A stretch of DNA of 41,954 nucleotides from NCBI GenBank assembly GCA_030038895.1, contig JASHQX010000002.1, positions 1 to 41,954 on the forward strand, in the 5' to 3' direction. The notes beneath the pieces are model-generated. The model was not told the DNA's origin and searched no databases. It saw nothing but the letters and a program-made list of their open reading frames with translations. Origin of the DNA: Thermoplasmata archaeon (GTDB lineage Archaea > Thermoplasmatota > Thermoplasmata > Lutacidiplasmatales > UBA184). Position numbers and translations under genes: made by a program. Positions 1 through 9,124 of the stretch are shown piece by piece (the stretch's first letter is position 1; each line of letters opens with the position of its first letter).

Positions 1-2
1 GG

Positions 3-1355
3 GAGATTCTGCACTCGTATACGAAGGAAGAGGCGATCCTCGAGGCGAAGCGGTGCATCCAGTGCCGTCGGCCTTGGTGCGTCGAGGCCTGTCCCATCAC
101 GCAGGACTGCCGCGAGTACATGCGGCTCATCGCCGCGAACGACTTTGACAAGGCAGCCGAGGTCACGCTGCAAGACAACCCTCTCGCAACCTGCCTGTGC
201 AAGGTCTGCTACCACTACTGCGAGGACGCTTGCGTGGTGAAGAAAAAGGGAGTGCCAGTGGCCATCCGTCAGCTCAAGCGGGCGGCGCTCGACTTCGGAG
301 ACCACGGCACGGTCTATGTTCCGTCGCAGCCCAAACACCAGCGGGTCGCGGTCGTCGGGGCAGGCCCGGCCGGTCTCATGGCCGCCTGGGAGCTCGGGGT
401 ACGTGGGTACTCGGTCACGGTGTTCGAGCAGGAGCCGCGGGTCGGGGGCCTGATGCAGACCATTCCGGCCTATCGGATGACCCAGGAGGACGTCGAGACG
501 GACCGACGGCGGTTCCGGGACCTCGATGTGACATTCGTGGATGGAACGAAGATCGGACGCGACCGACCCCTCGCCGATCTCCTCTCCCGGGACGGCTACC
601 TGGCCGTGTTCGTGGGGATCGGCACTCCCCAGCACCGGACCCTTGGGGTCCCCGGCGAGGATCTGCCGGGGGTACTACCGGCCCTCGATTTCCTCAAGGA
701 CGTCGGTGCAGGGAGGCCGGTCTCGCTCGGCCGAGAGATCGTCGTTATCGGCGGAGGCGATGTGGCGATGGACTCGGTCCGCACCGCCCTTCGGTGTTCG
801 AAGGGGGGCCACGTCACTCTTCTCTACCGGCGCAGCCGCTCGGAGATGCCCGCGGACCCGGAGGAGGTCCACGGCGCGGAGGAGGAAGGAATCCGGTTCG
901 AGTTCCTGCGCAACCCGCTCCGCATCGTCGGTAACGGCCACGTCGAGGGGATTGTTGTGCAGGCGACGGAGCTCGGACCTCCGGATGCCGGAGGTCGACG
1001 GACCCCGGTTCCCGTGCCGGGTTCGGAGACGACGATCCCGTGCGACACGGTCCTCATCGCGGTGGGCCAGCGGGCCGATCTCACCGGTTTCGGGCCCGAG
1101 CTCGATCTGAAGATCGCCTCTCAGGGCTGGCCCGAAGGGAAGGGAGGCGGTTTCGCAACCGCTGTCCCGGGGGTTTTTGCCGCCGGCGGTCGGTCGGTCG
1201 TCTATGCGATGGGGGCAGCGACCGAGGCCGCCAATGCGATCGATGCCTACCTGTCTGAGAAACGCGGCGAGAAACCGGTGCCCCGGCCTAGCCCGTTCGT
1301 CGGCGGGGAGGCGTTCCACCTCCCGCCGGGCTACAATACCCCGATTCGTGTCTAG
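3..1355 (+). CDS. GltD/SudA-like NAD(P)-dependent Fe-S flavoprotein oxidoreductase (5' partial)
   Basis: The frame of ORF 120..1355 stays open back to the window edge (EILHSYTKEEAILEAKRCIQCRRPWCVEACP), giving the CxxCxxPxCxxxCP Fe-S motif. It also has a second Cys cluster CKVCYHYCEDAC and Rossmann motifs VVGAGPAG and VIGGGDVAMD. Confidence 0.85.
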   Translation, partial: EILHSYTKEEAILEAKRCIQCRRPWCVEACPITQDCREYMRLIAANDFDKAAEVTLQDNPLATCLCKVCYHYCEDACVVKKKGVPVAIRQLKRAALDFGDHGTVYVPSQPKHQRVAVVGAGPAGLMAAWELGVRGYSVTVFEQEPRVGGLMQTIPAYRMTQEDVETDRRRFRDLDVTFVDGTKIGRDRPLADLLSRDGYLAVFVGIGTPQHRTLGVPGEDLPGVLPALDFLKDVGAGRPVSLGREIVVIGGGDVAMDSVRTALRCSKGGHVTLLYRRSRSEMPADPEEVHGAEEEGIRFEFLRNPLRIVGNGHVEGIVVQATELGPPDAGGRRTPVPVPGSETTIPCDTVLIAVGQRADLTGFGPELDLKIASQGWPEGKGGGFATAVPGVFAAGGRSVVYAMGAATEAANAIDAYLSEKRGEKPVPRPSPFVGGEAFHLPPGYNTPIRV

Positions 1356-1417
1356 TCCCGGACCCCCTTGACCGGGTTGCGCCAAACCTTTTCCCCAGTT
1401 CCTTCCATCTTCCGGCG

Positions 1418-3763
1418 ATGGGAGGTTTTCCTCGCCGGGGGCTTCCCTGGCTCCTCGTCGCAACGGTCGTCGGGGTAGTCCTGAGCCTCTTGCCCTGGGG
1501 CCCCGCGCTCGCGATCGCGTCCTCGACGGCGGGGCTCACTTCCCCGGCCGCGAACGATTCCACCAGTCGGCAGGTCGAGCCGTTGGCGGTCGCGGACTTC
1601 TCTGCGCCCTTTGCCTCGCGCGCCGGATTCTCGCCTGGCTACGCCGGGGAGGTGTCCGACTCCCAGACGGCCACAGCTTCTACGGTCGTGGTAGTCACCT
1701 TCGAGCCGCGGAACGCGACTGCGTTCTTCTCCGCGCCCTCTCCCGGCGTTGCGCCGATGAACCCGACCGGGATCGGCGCACGATTCGGTCTTTCTCCGAC
1801 GCAGTACTCGGAGGTCGAACGCTACTTCGAAGCCGAGGGACTTTCGGTCGTCCGCGCCTGGCCGGACCGGCTCTCACTCACGCTCGAGGGCCCGGCGTCG
1901 GCGGCGGGCGCCGCCTTCGGGACGACGATCCGTTCGGGCCTTTACTCCGGCTCGCCGGTGACTTACCCGGCGACCCCGCCGGAGCTGCCGGCGAGCATCG
2001 AGCCGCTGGTCGGAAGCGTGCTGGGGCTCTCCTCAGGGTTCGACTCGTTCACGATCCCGTTCGACACTTCGCTCTCGCGCGCTGTCTCCGAGCCGTCCCA
2101 AAGTGGCTCAAACGAGGTCACCCCGGCGATCGCACGGGAGATCTACGACCTCTCGGGCCTGTACAACGTCTCGGGATCGTTCCACCCAGCCCTTTCGAAG
2201 GGGATCGCCCTGCTTCTCTGGGGGTACGGCTATGCCCCGTCCGACCTCAACACGTTCTTCAGCCAGGATTACCCATCCAGCTTTCCTGCTCCCACCATCG
2301 ACGCCTACCCGGTTGACGGAGCCCCCCTACCCGGACCGGGAGCGGTGTCGGATCCGTGCAAGGCATCGCAGGAACTGACGCTGGACCTCGAGTGGGCGGG
2401 GTCGATGGCGCCGGGTGCGACCCTCGACGCCGTGTACGCTCCCGAGGGGACCGGCGGGGGGCCGAACGGTTGTTCCCCCTCAGACGCTTCCATGGCCGAC
2501 GCGCTGCACGAGGCGGTCACCCTGCCGGTCGAGGCGGTCTCGATGTCGTTCGGCACTCCCGAGTCGGACAGCTCGGGGCTCGCCGCCTCCTGGCAGGTCT
2601 ACATGTCCGAGGCACTCCAGGAGGGGATCACCCTCCTCGCAGCGACCGGCGACCTGGGAGGGGACGCGTCGGCGAACTGCCAGGGAGGTGCGGCTCCGGA
2701 GTATCCCTCCACTTCTCCCGACGTCCTCGCCGTCGGGGGCACGGATGTCTCGCTCAACTATGGTGTTCTCGGAGGCCTCAACGGGTTCAGCGAGACCGCC
2801 TGGAGCGGCAGCGGGGGTGGCTACTCTAGCCAGTACCCCGCCCCTCAATGGCAGCCGGGGTTCTCCGGTCGAGGAGAGCCGGACGTCGCAGCGAGCGCCG
2901 CCCTGAACTATTTCTACTATAACGGGCAGGCCCTGCAAGGCGCCGGGACGAGCTTCGCGACCCCGCTGTGGGCGGGGCTGATCGCGGAGATGGATTCGAT
3001 CCACGGTTCGCCCTTTGGCCTCATCGCCCCGCGCCTCTACTCGATCGGGAACGCGGAGGCCGCATCCGGGAGCCGGACACCGACCGGCCTCGCCGGCATC
3101 ACCAGCGGTTCCAACTGCGTCGCTTCGGCAGGACCGGGCTGGAACGCGGTGACGGGCTGGGGTTCCCCGCGAGGGCTCAACCTCTATGAGGACTTGACGG
3201 CCACGTTCGTCAACCTCACCGTGTCGGCGACCCCGACCACCGTGTCGCAGGGTGCGACCGTCACGATTTCCGGTCACCTCGCCAACGCGACGAACGGTGC
3301 CCCGATCGCGAACGTGCCGGTATCGGTGTCGCTCGCCTCGACGGTGAACGTCGGGCCGTGCACGGGGGTCTTCGGCTCGGCCACGGCCCTCACGAACGCC
3401 CTCGGGGATCTCTCGCTCTCCGTCGTCGTTCCGGCCTGCTACCTCGGCTCGCACGCGCTCGCCCAGGTCCTCGTCACGTCCGACGGATATTACGGGACGA
3501 ACTCGACCGAGATCGCGATCAACCTCCTCGGCCTCGCCCCGGCGCTGGGATTCCTCGCCGAATTCCCGACGAACGTGGTCTTCTTCGTCGCGATCACTGT
3601 CCTCGCGAGCGTTCTCGGCTACCTTCTCGGACGGGGTCCGCCCGTCCGCCCGTCCACGAGCGAATCACCTTCGGCGGGTCCGGGAGCGGGGTCCCCGCCG
3701 GTTCCGCCCCCCGAACCCCCTTCCACCGGGAACCCCGGCGGCGGGGAGAGCCAAAGCAAATAA
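1418..3763 (+). CDS. Sedolisin/kumamolisin-family (S53) serine-carboxyl peptidase, secreted and C-terminally membrane-anchored
   Basis: N-terminal signal peptide and prodomain. Catalytic motifs ELTLDLEW, ATGDLG and GTSFATP. Ca-site-like GWNAVTGWGSP. Beta-rich Ig-like region, then a hydrophobic TM segment and Pro-rich tail. Confidence 0.88.
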   Translation: MGGFPRRGLPWLLVATVVGVVLSLLPWGPALAIASSTAGLTSPAANDSTSRQVEPLAVADFSAPFASRAGFSPGYAGEVSDSQTATASTVVVVTFEPRNATAFFSAPSPGVAPMNPTGIGARFGLSPTQYSEVERYFEAEGLSVVRAWPDRLSLTLEGPASAAGAAFGTTIRSGLYSGSPVTYPATPPELPASIEPLVGSVLGLSSGFDSFTIPFDTSLSRAVSEPSQSGSNEVTPAIAREIYDLSGLYNVSGSFHPALSKGIALLLWGYGYAPSDLNTFFSQDYPSSFPAPTIDAYPVDGAPLPGPGAVSDPCKASQELTLDLEWAGSMAPGATLDAVYAPEGTGGGPNGCSPSDASMADALHEAVTLPVEAVSMSFGTPESDSSGLAASWQVYMSEALQEGITLLAATGDLGGDASANCQGGAAPEYPSTSPDVLAVGGTDVSLNYGVLGGLNGFSETAWSGSGGGYSSQYPAPQWQPGFSGRGEPDVAASAALNYFYYNGQALQGAGTSFATPLWAGLIAEMDSIHGSPFGLIAPRLYSIGNAEAASGSRTPTGLAGITSGSNCVASAGPGWNAVTGWGSPRGLNLYEDLTATFVNLTVSATPTTVSQGATVTISGHLANATNGAPIANVPVSVSLASTVNVGPCTGVFGSATALTNALGDLSLSVVVPACYLGSHALAQVLVTSDGYYGTNSTEIAINLLGLAPALGFLAEFPTNVVFFVAITVLASVLGYLLGRGPPVRPSTSESPSAGPGAGSPPVPPPEPPSTGNPGGGESQSK

Positions 3764-3785
3764 CTCGGTCCTCGCTGGCGGCGCC

Positions 3786-5312
3786 GTGCCCGGTGCAGCG
3801 GGGGAGGCGCCGGACGGTGGGGCGTCGGTCAGCCTTTCCGGCCCTGAGCGTTCGGTCCTCGAGGCATTGCGAATCGCTTCCGACCTTCCGGTCGAGGAGG
3901 AGGAGCTTGCGGCCCGTCTCGGACTCGGGCTCGACTCGGTCCGGGGGAGCCTCCAGCGTCTAAGGTCGAAGCATCTCGTCGTGCTCGAGGAGGAGCATTT
4001 GACGGATCGCGAGCTGACCGAACGCGGTACAGAAGCCTTGCGTCAAGGGCTTCCGGAGCGCCGGTTTCTCGATGCGCTGAACCGGCACGGGGGCCGGTTG
4101 ACGCCCGAGGAAGCGGCGACCGAAGGGCTCAGCGAGGACGAACGCTCGGCCGCGATCGGGATTCTGCGACGGCGGGGCCTTCTGGACGAGGGCCTGCCCT
4201 TCCGCCTCCGCAAGCCCGGCGAGTCCGATTCGACGCTCCTCCCGGAGGAGGTCATCCTGAAGCAGATCGCGAACAGCGAGGGGGAGATCGACCCGGCGAT
4301 CTTTGCGGTGCTCGAGCGGCGAGGGCTCGTCCGGGAGGTCCACCATTCCGTGAAGCGCTGGGCGCCGTCGGAAGAGGGCCGGCGGCTCCCGCTCGCTCCG
4401 GCGGGCGAAGCCTTGCTCGGCGCTCTGACACCGGCGTTGCTCGCTTCGGGAGCGTGGCAGACGAGATCGTTCCGTCCCTACGATGTGCGCGCAGCGGTGC
4501 CGTACCTGACCGGGGCGCGGCCGAATCCGTACGTTGCCTGGCTCGAGGAATTCGAAGAGATTCTAATCGGCCTCGGGTTCGAACAAGCGGAGGGGCCGCT
4601 CCTCGAGACCGAGTTCTGGAACAACGACGTGCTGTTCATGCCACAGGACCACCCGGCCCGTTCGATCCACGACGCCCTGTCGGTGGAGGGGGTCACGGGC
4701 CACCCACCGGCTGCAGACCTATTGGCGCGGGTCGCCTCCGTCCACGAAGGCCGAGCTCTCCCTGGCGAAACGCAGCCACTCGGCCCGGGATGGCCGGGTC
4801 GGTACGACCCGGCGATCGCAGCCCGTCCGGTCCTGAGGACCCAGACGACGGCGGTGTCCGCCCGGTTCCTCGCCCGTCATCCCACGCCCCCCTTTCGGAT
4901 GTTCTCCCTCGATCGCAACTTCCGGCGGGAGGCGGTGGATGCGAAGCACCACATCGAATTCGCCCAGTGCGAGGGGATCATCGGCGAAGAGGGAATGACG
5001 ATCCGGCACCTCGTCGGGGTCTTCCGTGCCGCGGCGGAGGCGATCGGGATCCGGGAGCTCAAAATCCGCCCAAGCTACTTTCCCTTCACGGAGCCGTCGA
5101 TCGAGGGGTACGTACGCCACCCGCGACTCGGGTGGATGGAGATCTTCCCCGGGGGCCTCTTCCGACCCGAGGTCGTTCGGCCCCTCGGGATTGACGTGCC
5201 GGTCATCGCGTGGGGGATCGGGGTCGGACGGCTCGCGCTCGTAGCACTCGGAGTGAACGATCTCCGGGAGATGTTCACCGGGGACCTCGCGAGCCTCGAG
5301 GGAGGCGGGTAA
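3786..5312 (+). CDS. pheS: Phenylalanine--tRNA ligase alpha subunit (archaeal type)
   Basis: Motifs FWNNDVLFMPQDHPAR, FRREAVDAKHHIEFAQCEG and YFPFTEPS. N-terminal wHTH extension typical of archaea/eukaryotes. Exact start uncertain. Confidence 0.95.
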   Translation: MPGAAGEAPDGGASVSLSGPERSVLEALRIASDLPVEEEELAARLGLGLDSVRGSLQRLRSKHLVVLEEEHLTDRELTERGTEALRQGLPERRFLDALNRHGGRLTPEEAATEGLSEDERSAAIGILRRRGLLDEGLPFRLRKPGESDSTLLPEEVILKQIANSEGEIDPAIFAVLERRGLVREVHHSVKRWAPSEEGRRLPLAPAGEALLGALTPALLASGAWQTRSFRPYDVRAAVPYLTGARPNPYVAWLEEFEEILIGLGFEQAEGPLLETEFWNNDVLFMPQDHPARSIHDALSVEGVTGHPPAADLLARVASVHEGRALPGETQPLGPGWPGRYDPAIAARPVLRTQTTAVSARFLARHPTPPFRMFSLDRNFRREAVDAKHHIEFAQCEGIIGEEGMTIRHLVGVFRAAAEAIGIRELKIRPSYFPFTEPSIEGYVRHPRLGWMEIFPGGLFRPEVVRPLGIDVPVIAWGIGVGRLALVALGVNDLREMFTGDLASLEGGG

Positions 5313-5314
5313 TC

Positions 5315-7009
5315 GTGCCGCAGAGCGTGCTCTCGCTCGAGCGAGTGCTCTCGCTCCTGCCAGTCCGGGTCACGGACTCCGCCCTCGACGACCTCCTCTT
5401 CGCCTCCAAGGCCGAGATCGATGCGCGGGAGGGGGACGCGCTGACGCTCTCTGTGACGCCGGACCGCCTCGATCTCCTGTCGGAGGGCGGGCTCGCTCTC
5501 TACCTCGCCGGCGTTCTTGAGGTCGCCCACGGCCTCCCGGCCACCGCTCCGAAGTCGCCCACCTCCCCACCGCCCCGGATCGACTGCGACCCGTCGGTCG
5601 ACCGCCTGCGTCCGTGGATCGCCGCGGCGCTCGTCCGGTCGCCCACCGACGCGGGAATCGACGTCGGTACCCTCGCCGAGGCGATCCGGTTCCAGGAGTT
5701 GCTTCACGCGTCGATCGGGCGGGACCGCCGAGCGGCGAGCCTTGGGATCTATCCCTGGGAACGGGTCAACCCCCCGATTCGGTACTCCGAGGAACCCCTC
5801 TCGGAGGTCCGCTTCGTCCCGCTCGACGCCGAGGAGGAAATGACCGGCGAGCGGTTCTTCGCTGGACACCCGCTTGCCGCGCGGTACGGGGCCTACGGAC
5901 GTCTCGGGGACCGGTGCCTCGTCCTGCGAGACCGCGATGGGGTGATCTTGAGCCTTCCTCCGGTGCTGAATAGCCGGGCCGCCGGCGAGGCCCGGGTCGG
6001 CGACCGGATCCTTCTCCTCGAATCGACTGGGACCCTCGAACGCACGGTGCGGGAGACCCTCAGCCTCCTCCTCGTGGTGTTCGCTTCTCACGGCTGGACG
6101 ATCGAGCCGGTCGAGGTCCACCGACCCGACCGGCCGGTCGACCCTGGTCGGTCGATCGTCGAGCCACGGACCATCGACCTCCCTTCTACGCTGGTGAGAG
6201 AGGTCTCGGGCGAGACGCTTTCGGCTGCCGAGATCGAGCGTCGCTTGAGCCGGACCCGGCTTAACGCCCGGCCCCACGAAGGCGGCTGGAAGGTCGCGGT
6301 CCCTCCGTGGCGACCGGACCTCCAGACCCCGATCGATGTGGTCGAGGATGTGGTGATCGCGGCTGCGATCCCCGCGGAACGAGGTATTGTTCCGCCAAGC
6401 CGGACCCTGGGACGCCGGCTACCCGAGGTCCGGCTCCGGAGGACGGTCGCGGGATATCTGCTCGGGCTCGGCTTCGCGGCACCCCACACTCCGCTTCTCG
6501 TCTCCGAGGCGAGCGTGGCGCGGGTGACCGGGGCCGATCCGATCCGGCTTCGGAACCCGGTCTCGAGCGAGTTCGCCTACGTACGGGACCGACTGCTCCT
6601 CTCCCACCTCGACCTCCTCGCGCGCAATACCCGTCGCTCCTATCCCCAGCGGTTCGCGGAGGTCGCTCCCGTGGTCATCCGAGATCCCGCAGAGGAGACC
6701 GGCGGAAGGACATCGTACCACGCGAGCCTCGTCCTCGCCTCCGAGTCGGCCGGGTTCGCCGACGGAGCCGCGATCGCCGACTACCTCCTGCGCCGGCTCG
6801 ACGTCGGGGGGGTGCGGGAGCCGGCCGAGATCCCGGCGACGATCCCGGGCCGAGCGGCCCGGTACCGGGTCGCCGGGGAGGCGGTCGGGGAAGTCGGGGA
6901 GATCCAACCGCGGATCCTCTTCGAGATCGGCGTCCCGGTGCCGACCGTATGGGCGGAGATTGACCTCACGGCACTCGGGCCGTTCCTCCTCCGCCACGAC
7001 ACTCCTTAA
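5315..7009 (+). CDS. pheT: Phenylalanine--tRNA ligase beta subunit
   Basis: Motifs VTPDRLDLLSEGGLA, LSLPPVLNS and VPPWRPDLQTPIDVVEDV. GTG at 5315 follows pheS, with GGAGG at 5301-5305. Confidence 0.93.
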   Translation: MPQSVLSLERVLSLLPVRVTDSALDDLLFASKAEIDAREGDALTLSVTPDRLDLLSEGGLALYLAGVLEVAHGLPATAPKSPTSPPPRIDCDPSVDRLRPWIAAALVRSPTDAGIDVGTLAEAIRFQELLHASIGRDRRAASLGIYPWERVNPPIRYSEEPLSEVRFVPLDAEEEMTGERFFAGHPLAARYGAYGRLGDRCLVLRDRDGVILSLPPVLNSRAAGEARVGDRILLLESTGTLERTVRETLSLLLVVFASHGWTIEPVEVHRPDRPVDPGRSIVEPRTIDLPSTLVREVSGETLSAAEIERRLSRTRLNARPHEGGWKVAVPPWRPDLQTPIDVVEDVVIAAAIPAERGIVPPSRTLGRRLPEVRLRRTVAGYLLGLGFAAPHTPLLVSEASVARVTGADPIRLRNPVSSEFAYVRDRLLLSHLDLLARNTRRSYPQRFAEVAPVVIRDPAEETGGRTSYHASLVLASESAGFADGAAIADYLLRRLDVGGVREPAEIPATIPGRAARYRVAGEAVGEVGEIQPRILFEIGVPVPTVWAEIDLTALGPFLLRHDTP

Positions 7010-7032
7010 TACGCCGTCCCGGTCGCGCCCCC

Positions 7033-8712
7033 ATGTCGCGGCCGCGTCGGCGGACGACCCCGAGGTCGGGCCGGGCGCGATGGAATGCCGAGGCGGCCCG
7101 GGCTCTCGGCCCCCGCAAGGGGGGCGGCAAGGTTCCGCTGCTGGTGGAACCCTTTGAGGAGTCCGAATCCACGTTCCTCGAGCAGATCGGATTTCCCGGT
7201 CAGCCGCCATTCACTCGGGGCATCCATCCGACGATGTACCGCGGTCGGTTCTGGACGTTCCGGCAGTACTCCGGCTTCGGGAGTGCGAAGGCGACCAACC
7301 AGCGGTTCCACTTCCTCCTTAAAGGGGGTCAGACGGGGCTCTCGGTCGCGTTCGATCTCCCGACGCAGAACGGCTACGATTCCGATCACGAGCGGGCCCG
7401 GGGGGAGGTCGGACGCTGCGGCGTGCCGATCGCCTCGCTCGGCGACATGCGCACGCTGCTCGAGGACATCCCCCTCGACCGGGCGACGGTCTCGATGACG
7501 ATCAACGCGACCGCCCCGATCCTGCTCGCTCTCCTGGTCGCGGTCGCGGAGGAGAACGGAGTCCCACGCGCCCGCCTGGGCGGCACCGTGCAGAATGATA
7601 TCCTGAAGGAGTACGTGGCGCGAGGGACGTACATCTACCCTCCCGGGCCCTCGCTCCGCCTCGCCACCGACCTGATCGCGTTCGCGACCGCCGAGATGCC
7701 GCAGTGGAACTACATCTCGGTCTCGGGCTACCACATGCGCGAGGCCGGCGCGACCGCGGTCCAGGAGGTCGCGTTCACCCTTGCCAACGCAATCGCGTAT
7801 GTCCGGGCGGTGCGCGAGCGGGGCCTTGATCTCGACGAGTTTCTCCCGCGCCTCTCGTTCTTCTTCTCCGCCGACCGGAACTTCCTCGAGGAGGTCGCGA
7901 AGTTCCGCGCGGCGCGCCGTCTCTGGGCGAAGATCGTCAGTGAGACGTTCGGAGCGAAGTCGGCCCGCTCGAAGCAGTTGCGGTTCCATACCCAGACGGC
8001 CGGCTCGAGCCTGACCGCCCAGCAGCCCGAGCTTAACGTCGTCCGGACCACTCTCGAGGCTCTCTCCGCGGTGCTCGGCGGGACGCAGTCGCTCCACACG
8101 AACGCGCTCGACGAGGCGCTCGGGCTTCCGACCGAGTCGTCCGCCCGACTCGCGCTCCGGACCCAGCAGATCCTCGCCGAGGAGTCCGGCGTGACCTCGA
8201 CAGTCGACCCCCTCGGAGGAGCGTACGAGATCGAGTACCTGACCGACCGCATCCAGTCCCAGGCCGAGGAGTACCTCGCACGGATCGAGTCGATGGGCGG
8301 GGCGATCGTGGCGATCGAGCGGGGGTTCTTCGCTTCCGAGATCGCGCGGGAGGCCTACCGCGTGGCTCGGGCGCGGGAGCGCAAGGAGGAGACCGTAGTC
8401 GGGGTGAACGACTTCACCGAGGGAAACCCGGGGTTCACGTTTTTCCCCGAACGCGGTGGGAGGGGCGCCGAGTTCCAACGGATCACCTCGGCCGAGGAAC
8501 GCCGTCAGATCGAGCGGGTGAGACGGTGGCGGGAACTTCGAGTCCAGTCGAAGGCGACCGCGGCGCTCGAGCGGCTCTCCGCCGCGACGGAGGCCGGCAA
8601 GAACGTCATGCCGTATGTCCTCAAGGCCATTGGCGCCGGCTGCACGCTCGGCGAGATCGCGGACGTCTGGAGGGGACTGTTCGGCGAGCAGCCGGCGTCC
8701 CGTGCCTACTAG
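7033..8712 (+). CDS. Methylmalonyl-CoA mutase, substrate-binding (large) subunit
   Basis: Motifs PFTRGIHPTMYRGRFWTFRQYSGFG, GLSVAFDLPTQ, QNDILKEYVARGTY and ISVSGYHMREAGA. No B12-binding domain in this ORF. Confidence 0.93.
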   Translation: MSRPRRRTTPRSGRARWNAEAARALGPRKGGGKVPLLVEPFEESESTFLEQIGFPGQPPFTRGIHPTMYRGRFWTFRQYSGFGSAKATNQRFHFLLKGGQTGLSVAFDLPTQNGYDSDHERARGEVGRCGVPIASLGDMRTLLEDIPLDRATVSMTINATAPILLALLVAVAEENGVPRARLGGTVQNDILKEYVARGTYIYPPGPSLRLATDLIAFATAEMPQWNYISVSGYHMREAGATAVQEVAFTLANAIAYVRAVRERGLDLDEFLPRLSFFFSADRNFLEEVAKFRAARRLWAKIVSETFGAKSARSKQLRFHTQTAGSSLTAQQPELNVVRTTLEALSAVLGGTQSLHTNALDEALGLPTESSARLALRTQQILAEESGVTSTVDPLGGAYEIEYLTDRIQSQAEEYLARIESMGGAIVAIERGFFASEIAREAYRVARARERKEETVVGVNDFTEGNPGFTFFPERGGRGAEFQRITSAEERRQIERVRRWRELRVQSKATAALERLSAATEAGKNVMPYVLKAIGAGCTLGEIADVWRGLFGEQPASRAY

Positions 8713-8728
8713 TTCCCGGGGGGAAACG

Positions 8729-9124
8729 ATGCAGCTGGACCACGTGGGCATCGCGGTCGGGGACCTTAAGCGGGCCACCGAGCGCTGGCAACTTCTCCTG
8801 GGAGGTTCGGCGTCTGCGCCCGAGGAGGTTCCGTCGAACGGGGTGCGGGTCTGCTTCCTCGCGGCCGGCGCGACGCACATCGAGCTCCTCGAGCCGCTGG
8901 GGCCTGAGTCGACTATCGCGAAATTCCTCGAGAAGCGTGGCGAGGGGATCCACCACCTCGCGTTCGCGGTCACGAACGTCGACCGGACGCTCGCAGAGCT
9001 CGCCGCCCGCGGGGAGCGAGTCATCGACCGGACGGGCCGCCCGGGCTCGCGGGGGCGTCGGGTCGGTTTCGCGCACCCTGCCGCGTTCGGTGGTGTCCTG
9101 GTCGAGTTCGTGGAGGTCCCATGA
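8729..9124 (+). CDS. mce: Methylmalonyl-CoA epimerase (VOC family)
   Basis: Motifs LDHVGIAV, IELLEP, GEGIHHLAF and GGVLVEFVE. Adjacent to the mutase. ATG at 8729. Confidence 0.9.
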   Translation: MQLDHVGIAVGDLKRATERWQLLLGGSASAPEEVPSNGVRVCFLAAGATHIELLEPLGPESTIAKFLEKRGEGIHHLAFAVTNVDRTLAELAARGERVIDRTGRPGSRGRRVGFAHPAAFGGVLVEFVEVP

